Shown one piece after another: positions 27,133 to 32,000 of a stretch of DNA of 32,000 nt. Position 1 is the first letter of the stretch. Each line of letters starts with the position of its first letter. Made by a program: the position numbers and the translations under genes. Source of the DNA: an uncultured bacterium (GTDB taxonomy: Bacteria > Auribacterota > JACPWU01); assembly GCA_964640155.1 (NCBI GenBank), contig CAZXEQ010000007.1:150001-182000 (forward strand), given 5' to 3'. The notes beneath the pieces are model-generated. The model searched no databases, was not told the DNA's origin, and worked only from the letters and a program-made list of their open reading frames with translations.

Positions 27133-27756
27133 ATGATACAAGAACAAGATATTGTAAAAATCAAATCTATTATTGAATCTCTATTAGTGGTTTCAGGAGA
27201 ACCTCTTTCAATTGATGAAATTAAAAGTTCACTGGATCAAGAATGGGACATCTCCACACAAGAAATTACAGATCTGCTCGAAGCCCTCAAAAATGAATAT
27301 GCTTCTGGAAATCATGGGTTTCAAATCATGGAAATTGCGGGGAAATTGCAATTTTGTACTCATCCGCAAAATGCAGAATGGGTTAAGCGTTTACTTCAAG
27401 TGCGTAATAGTGAAGGCCTTTCCAAGCCTGCGCTTGAGACTCTAGCCATCATTGCTTATCGCCAGCCTATTACAAAAGTTGAAATTGAGGGAATTCGAGG
27501 TGTTAATGCGGATGGTGTCTTGAAAAAACTGACTGATAAAGGTTTGATACGAACCCGTGGACGAAAAGAAGTTTTAGGTCATCCTTTTCTTTATGGAACA
27601 ACCGAAAGATTTTTAGAATATTTTGGTTTAAAAAGCCTTAATGATTTACCGCAAAAAGAAGAACTAAAAGTGATTCCTTCAAATACTAAAGAGGAAACTA
27701 TAAAAGAGGAAACCAGTGAACCTACAGAAGTTGCGACAGAAAATAGACCAAGTTGA
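27133..27756 (+). CDS. scpB: Segregation and condensation protein B
   Basis: ...IIESLLVVSGEPLSIDEI..., ...LSKPALETLAIIAYRQPITKVEIEGIRGVNADGVLKKL...GRKEVLGHPFLYGTTERFLEYFGL... Start at 27133 (just after the scpA stop) or 27121; track start 27079 is over-extended. Confidence 0.85.
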   Translation: MIQEQDIVKIKSIIESLLVVSGEPLSIDEIKSSLDQEWDISTQEITDLLEALKNEYASGNHGFQIMEIAGKLQFCTHPQNAEWVKRLLQVRNSEGLSKPALETLAIIAYRQPITKVEIEGIRGVNADGVLKKLTDKGLIRTRGRKEVLGHPFLYGTTERFLEYFGLKSLNDLPQKEELKVIPSNTKEETIKEETSEPTEVATENRPS

Positions 27757-28783
27757 TCAAAAGCTTGTTGATTTGATTAATGAAAGAACGAAAATCGTTC
27801 TCGAGATTGGTAAACAAAAAATTAAAAACGGTCAGGAAATTTACTCTCCGGAGCGAGAGGTAAGTGTTTATCAAAATATTCTTGATAAAAATAACGGACC
27901 TTTGCCAGCCGAAGCGTTAAAATCTATTTTTTGCGAAATCATGTCCAGTGCATTGGCGATGGAAAAGGAATTAAAAGTCGCTTATTTGGGACCTAAGGCA
28001 ACTTTCACTCATCAAGCTTCAATACAAAAATTTGGATCTAGTGTTGGATATGCTCCTATGGATAGCATCTCGGATATTTTTCTGGAGGTAGAGAAGGGAA
28101 GGGCAGATTATGGAGTTGTTCCGATTGAAAATAGCGTCGAGGGAGCAGTCAATCATACGCTTGATGTATTCATAGAGTCTGAACTTAAAATTTGCTCAGA
28201 GATTCTCTTGAAAATAAATCATACTTTGCTCTCGAATGTAGAGCTTGATCAAATTCAAAAGATTTATTCAAATCCACAGGTTTTTGGTCAATGTCGAAAT
28301 TGGTTGAAGAAAAATTTACCCCATGCTGAACAAATTGAAGTTTCAAGTACTTCTCGAGGAGCAGAAATTGCGGTCAAAGAGCCTCATGCTGCATCAATTG
28401 GAAATCTTTTGGGAGCCCATGTCCATGGACTCAAAGTTCTAGCAGAAAACATAGAAGATTTTAGCAGCAATATCACTCGATTTTTAGTGATTGGGCAGCA
28501 CGCCGCTAAACCTACGGGTAAGGATAAAACATCGGTTGTTTTCTCTATTAAAGATAAAGTTGGGGCATTGACAGAGGTGCTTTTACCCTTTAAAAAACAT
28601 AAAATTAATCTTACTAAAATTGAATCTAGACCTTCTAAAAAGAAAGCTTGGGAATACTATTTCTATGTTGATTTTTTAGGTCATCAAGAAGAATCTTCTG
28701 TAAAGAAGACCTTGCAAGGTCTGGCAAAGCATTGTAATTTCTTAAAAGTTTTAGGAAGTTATCCGTTTATGACAAGAGACTAA
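27716..28783 (+). CDS. pheA: Bifunctional chorismate mutase / prephenate dehydratase (P-protein)
   Basis: N-terminal CM domain (...LRQKIDQVDQKLVDLINERTKIVLEIGKQK...), PDT domain (...VAYLGPKATFTHQA...VVPIENSVEGAVNHTLD...) and C-terminal ACT (...LTKIESRPSKKKAWEYYFYVDF...). GTG 27716 overlaps scpB by 41 nt. TTG 27731 is an alternative start. Confidence 0.9.
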   Translation: MNLQKLRQKIDQVDQKLVDLINERTKIVLEIGKQKIKNGQEIYSPEREVSVYQNILDKNNGPLPAEALKSIFCEIMSSALAMEKELKVAYLGPKATFTHQASIQKFGSSVGYAPMDSISDIFLEVEKGRADYGVVPIENSVEGAVNHTLDVFIESELKICSEILLKINHTLLSNVELDQIQKIYSNPQVFGQCRNWLKKNLPHAEQIEVSSTSRGAEIAVKEPHAASIGNLLGAHVHGLKVLAENIEDFSSNITRFLVIGQHAAKPTGKDKTSVVFSIKDKVGALTEVLLPFKKHKINLTKIESRPSKKKAWEYYFYVDFLGHQEESSVKKTLQGLAKHCNFLKVLGSYPFMTRD

Positions 28784-28823
28784 AAAAGTTATAAGTTGTA
28801 AGCAATATTGAGAGGAGTAAAAA

Positions 28824-29843
28824 ATGATTATCGTTTTAAAACCAAGTGCAACACCGGCACAAAAAGAACATATCACTAAATTTTTAGAAGAATACCATCT
28901 TAAAGCGGTTGTGAGTCATGGCGTCGAGAGAACTATTGTGGGTGTGATTGGTTCCGAAGAAAATGTGCTCAAGGCCAAACCTCATGTTGAAGCGCTCGAA
29001 GGCGTAGAATCCGTCGTTCGAATTTTGAAACCCTATAAAATTGTCAGTCGTGAATTTAAAAAAGAGAACACGATTGTTGATGTCAAAGGGGTAAAAATTG
29101 GTGGGAATGAAATCATTGCCTTTGCTGGCCCTTGTTCCATCGAAAATAAAAAAATGCTGACCGATGTAGCCATTGAAGTAAAAAAGGCAGGTGCCAAAAT
29201 TTTACGTGGTGGGGCTTATAAACCCAGAACCTCTCCTTATGCATTTCAAGGGCTAGGTGAACATGGCCTCGAAGTCATGGCCGAGGTGGGTGAAGAAGTA
29301 GGATTGCCCATATGTACCGAAATCATGGATATACGTGACATTGCAAAGTTCGAAAAATATGCGGATATTCTTCAAATCGGTGCTAGAAACGTCCAGAATT
29401 TTTCTCTTTTAAAAGAAATTGGTCATTGTAAAAAGCCTGTTCTTCTTAAACGGGGGATGATGACTACAATTACCGAATATCTTCAAGCCGCAGAATATAT
29501 TCTTAGCACGGGAAACCCGAATGTCATTTTATGCGAACGTGGTATTCGTACTTTTGAAGACATGACTCGAAATACCCTGGATTTAAGTGCTATTCCATTA
29601 ATCAAATCACTCAGTCATCTTCCCATTATTTCAGATCCAAGTCATGGAACAGGCAAGAGAGATCTTGTGGCTCCTATGGCTAAAGCATCTGTTGCATGCG
29701 GTGCAGATGGTCTGATTATTGAAGTTCATCAATGTCCAGAAAAAGCATTGTCTGATGGTGCACAATCCCTCTATCCTCATATGTTTAAATCTATGATGGA
29801 TGACTTAAGACCTATTGCAAGGGCAATAGGAAGAGAAATATAA
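28824..29843 (+). CDS. aroF: 3-deoxy-D-arabino-heptulosonate-7-phosphate synthase, type I-beta, with an N-terminal regulatory domain
   Basis: Catalytic core ...IAFAGPCSIEN...KILRGGAYKPRTSPYAFQGLG...LQIGARNVQNF...PVLLKRG...CERGIRTF...DPSHGTG... A ~70-aa N-terminal extension (MIIVLKPSAT...VVRILKPYK) resembles the ferredoxin-like regulatory domain of Thermotoga-type DAHPS. SD GAGGAG upstream. Confidence 0.9.
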   Translation: MIIVLKPSATPAQKEHITKFLEEYHLKAVVSHGVERTIVGVIGSEENVLKAKPHVEALEGVESVVRILKPYKIVSREFKKENTIVDVKGVKIGGNEIIAFAGPCSIENKKMLTDVAIEVKKAGAKILRGGAYKPRTSPYAFQGLGEHGLEVMAEVGEEVGLPICTEIMDIRDIAKFEKYADILQIGARNVQNFSLLKEIGHCKKPVLLKRGMMTTITEYLQAAEYILSTGNPNVILCERGIRTFEDMTRNTLDLSAIPLIKSLSHLPIISDPSHGTGKRDLVAPMAKASVACGADGLIIEVHQCPEKALSDGAQSLYPHMFKSMMDDLRPIARAIGREI

Positions 29844-29862
29844 AAACGGGGAAGCGTGAAAC

Positions 29863-30699
29863 GTGAAGAAGGTTTGCATTATCGGCATGGGCCTCATTGG
29901 CGGCTCTCTGGGAATGGCTTTTAAAAAGAAATGTCCTGATCTTAAAATAACAGGCGTTGCCAGAACTTCCACAGCCTGTAAAAATATTCTTTCACTTAAA
30001 GCTGCTGACACAGCGACCACGGATCTCATTGAAGCCGTAAAATCAAATGATTGGATTATTTTAGCTACACCTCCTTCTAGTTTTGAAAATATTCTAAAAC
30101 TTATTACGCCTATTTTAACTTCGTCTCACATTGTCACAGATGTCGGAAGCATCAAAGCCCCTGTCATGAAAATTTATAAAAAATTTCTTCAGAAAAAAGG
30201 CATATCTTATATTGGCTCTCATCCTATTGCAGGTTCAGAAAAGAAGGGGATTGAAGCTGCAAGAAGTAACTTGTTTGAAAATGCAACATGCGTGATTACA
30301 CCAGACAAAAATACTTCCCCAAAAACCTTAAAACAAACACAAGAACTTTGGAAAAAAATTGGTATGAAGCCTGTGTTTAAAAAACCCGAAGAACACGATG
30401 CCATTTTTGCTTGCATCAGTCATCTTCCTCATCTTATTTCTTGGGGTTTAGCAGGCACTCTTCCCAAAAATCAATTTTGGGATGGTTTAGCGGGGGAAGC
30501 TTGGCGTGATATGACTCGAGTTGCTCACAGCTCCCCAGATTTGTGGAGTGAAATCTTTTTATGTAATCAAAAAAATCTTTTAAAGTTTCTTCAAAAATTC
30601 TCTAGAATCCTGGAAAAACTTAAGACATCAATCAAACAAAAAAAATTAGCATCACTTACTCGCAATTTAAGACTTATCCAAGAAGAATTAAAGCGTTAA
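29863..30699 (+). CDS. tyrA: Prephenate (or arogenate) dehydrogenase
   Basis: GTG start; KKVCIIGMGLIGGSLG Rossmann motif; ...DVGSIK...GSHPIAGSEKKG...; ...HDAIFACISHLPHLIS... Confidence 0.85.
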   Translation: MKKVCIIGMGLIGGSLGMAFKKKCPDLKITGVARTSTACKNILSLKAADTATTDLIEAVKSNDWIILATPPSSFENILKLITPILTSSHIVTDVGSIKAPVMKIYKKFLQKKGISYIGSHPIAGSEKKGIEAARSNLFENATCVITPDKNTSPKTLKQTQELWKKIGMKPVFKKPEEHDAIFACISHLPHLISWGLAGTLPKNQFWDGLAGEAWRDMTRVAHSSPDLWSEIFLCNQKNLLKFLQKFSRILEKLKTSIKQKKLASLTRNLRLIQEELKR

Positions 30700-30702
30700 G
30701 AA

Positions 30703-31368
30703 ATGAAAAAGATTCTTTACCGACTTGCGAACATTCTTGTCTATCGAGGTGCATATTTTTTATCCAAAATTCTAGCAACCGTTCTCTTTAGGATAAGAAT
30801 CATTGGATCAAACAATGTACCAAAGCAAGGTTCATTCATCATTGCCCCCAATCATGCCAGTCTTTATGATCCACATATCGTAGGTTGTTCCATTCGAAGA
30901 GAAATTTATTATTTAGCCAGATCTACGCTGATGAAAAACAAAGTGCTTACAATTCTTTTTCAACTGTGGAATTGCATCCCTGTTGATAGAGATAAGCCTG
31001 CTGCGAGCAGTCTTAAAAAAGCTGTTCAAGTTTTAAGAGAAGGAAAACCTTTAATGATTTTCCCCGAAGGAACTCGTAGTGTGGATGGGGAACTTCAAAA
31101 GGGGAAATTAGGTATTGGCTTTATTGCCCAAAAATCTCAAGCTCCTATTATTCCTGTGTATGTTCATGGTTCATATGGGATTCTTCCAAAAGGAGCAAAA
31201 TTTCCGCGTCTTAAAAAAGTAACTGTTTTGATTGGTAAGCCTCTTTATTTTAAGAATCTCTATGCTCAAAAGGGAAATGAAGAAATCTATCAAGCCATCA
31301 GTGATGAAGTAATGAATCAAATTTCTATCTTAAAGAGCCATGTCCTCAAAGAAAATCAAAAATCTTAA
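30703..31368 (+). CDS. plsC: 1-acyl-sn-glycerol-3-phosphate acyltransferase
   Basis: Acyltransferase motifs APNHASLYDP (HX4D) and MIFPEGTRS. N-terminal hydrophobic segment. Confidence 0.85.
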   Translation: MKKILYRLANILVYRGAYFLSKILATVLFRIRIIGSNNVPKQGSFIIAPNHASLYDPHIVGCSIRREIYYLARSTLMKNKVLTILFQLWNCIPVDRDKPAASSLKKAVQVLREGKPLMIFPEGTRSVDGELQKGKLGIGFIAQKSQAPIIPVYVHGSYGILPKGAKFPRLKKVTVLIGKPLYFKNLYAQKGNEEIYQAISDEVMNQISILKSHVLKENQKS

Positions 31369-31382
31369 CTTGTAAAAATTTT

Positions 31383-31411
31383 TTGACATTTGAATACAAG
31401 CATGGTAGCTT
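31383..31411 (+). promoter_or_regulatory. Candidate extended -10 promoter for rpsA
   Basis: TTGACA (31383-31388), a 17-nt spacer containing TGg (31403-31405), then TAGCTT (31406-31411). Followed by a ~60-nt leader with a 7-bp hairpin (31420-31426 / 31431-31437) and the SD AAAGGAGG (31451-31458). Confidence 0.35.
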
Positions 31412-31472
31412 ATTGCCCACGCTTCCCCAGGGAGGCGAATACGATTGCCAAAAGGAGGCAGAATAGGCATTT

Positions 31473-32000
31473 ATGCTTACAGAAGAAACTATGACCCAAC
31501 AAATTGATAATGAGGACTTTAAGTCGTTATACGAGAGTACGTTTAAGGAATTTAAGGAAGAAAATGTAGTAAAGGGGACTGTCATCTCCATTAAAAAAGA
31601 TGAGGTTCTTGTCGATATTGGTTACAAATCAGAGGGGGTCATAGCTCTAAGTGAATTCACTGAAGGCGCTCCTAAACCAGGAGACGTCATCGAAGTTTTC
31701 CTTGAAAGTAAAGAAAACGATGATGGTGTAGTCGTACTTTCCAAGCAAAAAGCAACAAAGGTTTTAGGTTGGGAAAGAATTATTTCTTCATGTAAAGAAG
31801 GTCAAACCATCGAAGGCCGCGTATGCAGAAAAGTCAAAGGCGGACTTATGGTAGACATCGGAATGGAAGCTTTTTTACCCGCCTCTCAAATTGATGTAAA
31901 ATCCCTGCGCGAAATTTCAATTGATGATTATCTTTATAAAGTCTATCAATTCAAAGTCATCAAAATTAATGCAGAGAAAAAGAATATTATTCTCTCCAGA
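31473..32000 (+). CDS. rpsA: 30S ribosomal protein S1, N-terminal part (runs off the window)
   Basis: Absent from the ORF track (open at the edge). My translation from ATG 31473 is stop-free for 176 codons: MLTEETMTQQIDNEDFKSLYESTFKEFKEENVVKGTVISIKKDEVLVDIGYKSEGVIALSEF...VVVLSKQKATKVLGWERI...RKVKGGLMVDIGMEAFLPASQID...FKVIKINAEKKNIILSR. These are canonical S1 OB-fold repeats. Confidence 0.9.
   Translation, partial: MLTEETMTQQIDNEDFKSLYESTFKEFKEENVVKGTVISIKKDEVLVDIGYKSEGVIALSEFTEGAPKPGDVIEVFLESKENDDGVVVLSKQKATKVLGWERIISSCKEGQTIEGRVCRKVKGGLMVDIGMEAFLPASQIDVKSLREISIDDYLYKVYQFKVIKINAEKKNIILSR

Overview
Low-GC bacterial chromosomal window, almost fully coding. G+C ranges from about 23% to 47% in 100-nt windows I counted by hand. 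I support 35 CDSs, no rRNA or tRNA genes, no CRISPR array and no recognisable IS element. Both window edges carry truncated genes that are missing from the ORF track: a D-aminoacylase-family amidohydrolase (1-1524, minus strand, GTG start) and rpsA (31473-32000, plus strand).

Gene order:
(1) 1667-5628: a type II secretion-like pseudopilus and assembly module (GspG, GspI-like, GspJ-like, GspK-like, GspL-like, GspM-like). No secretin, ATPase, platform protein or prepilin peptidase lies in the window.
(2) 5625-10411: three GT4 glycosyltransferases and a WbaP-type polyprenyl-phosphate sugar transferase, joined to the GspM-like gene by ATGA stop/start overlaps.
(3) 10422-12110: two small membrane proteins, then TolQ/ExbB and TolR/ExbD homologues.
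(4) 12126-16553: a perfect BirA-type inverted repeat directly in front of an operon of a FabG-like SDR, a FabF/B-like ketosynthase, bioF and bioA.
(5) 16570-19362: a secreted repeat protein with a Tyr/Gly-rich tail (minus strand), then a DoxX-like protein and a polyprenyl diphosphate synthase.
(6) 19380-19505: a GC-rich ~126-nt extended hairpin in the intergenic region.
(7) 19583-22521: ligA, which looks leaderless, and xerD.
(8) 22548-25319: an XRE-HTH plus minimal nucleotidyltransferase bicistron on the minus strand, driven by a consensus promoter placed for a leaderless transcript. It is divergent from an orphan 539-aa protein.
(9) 25414-32000: housekeeping genes trpS, scpA, scpB, pheA, a DAHP synthase, tyrA, plsC and rpsA.

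The most interesting items are the biotin-operator-controlled fatty-acid-synthase-like genes (a candidate dedicated route to the pimelate arm), the unassigned structured GC-rich element, the pseudopilus module coupled to glycan genes, and the HTH/NTase toxin-antitoxin-like pair. Taxonomy cannot be fixed from the sequence alone. The S1 and pseudopilin sequences give only a weak hint of a PVC-like or candidate-phylum organism.
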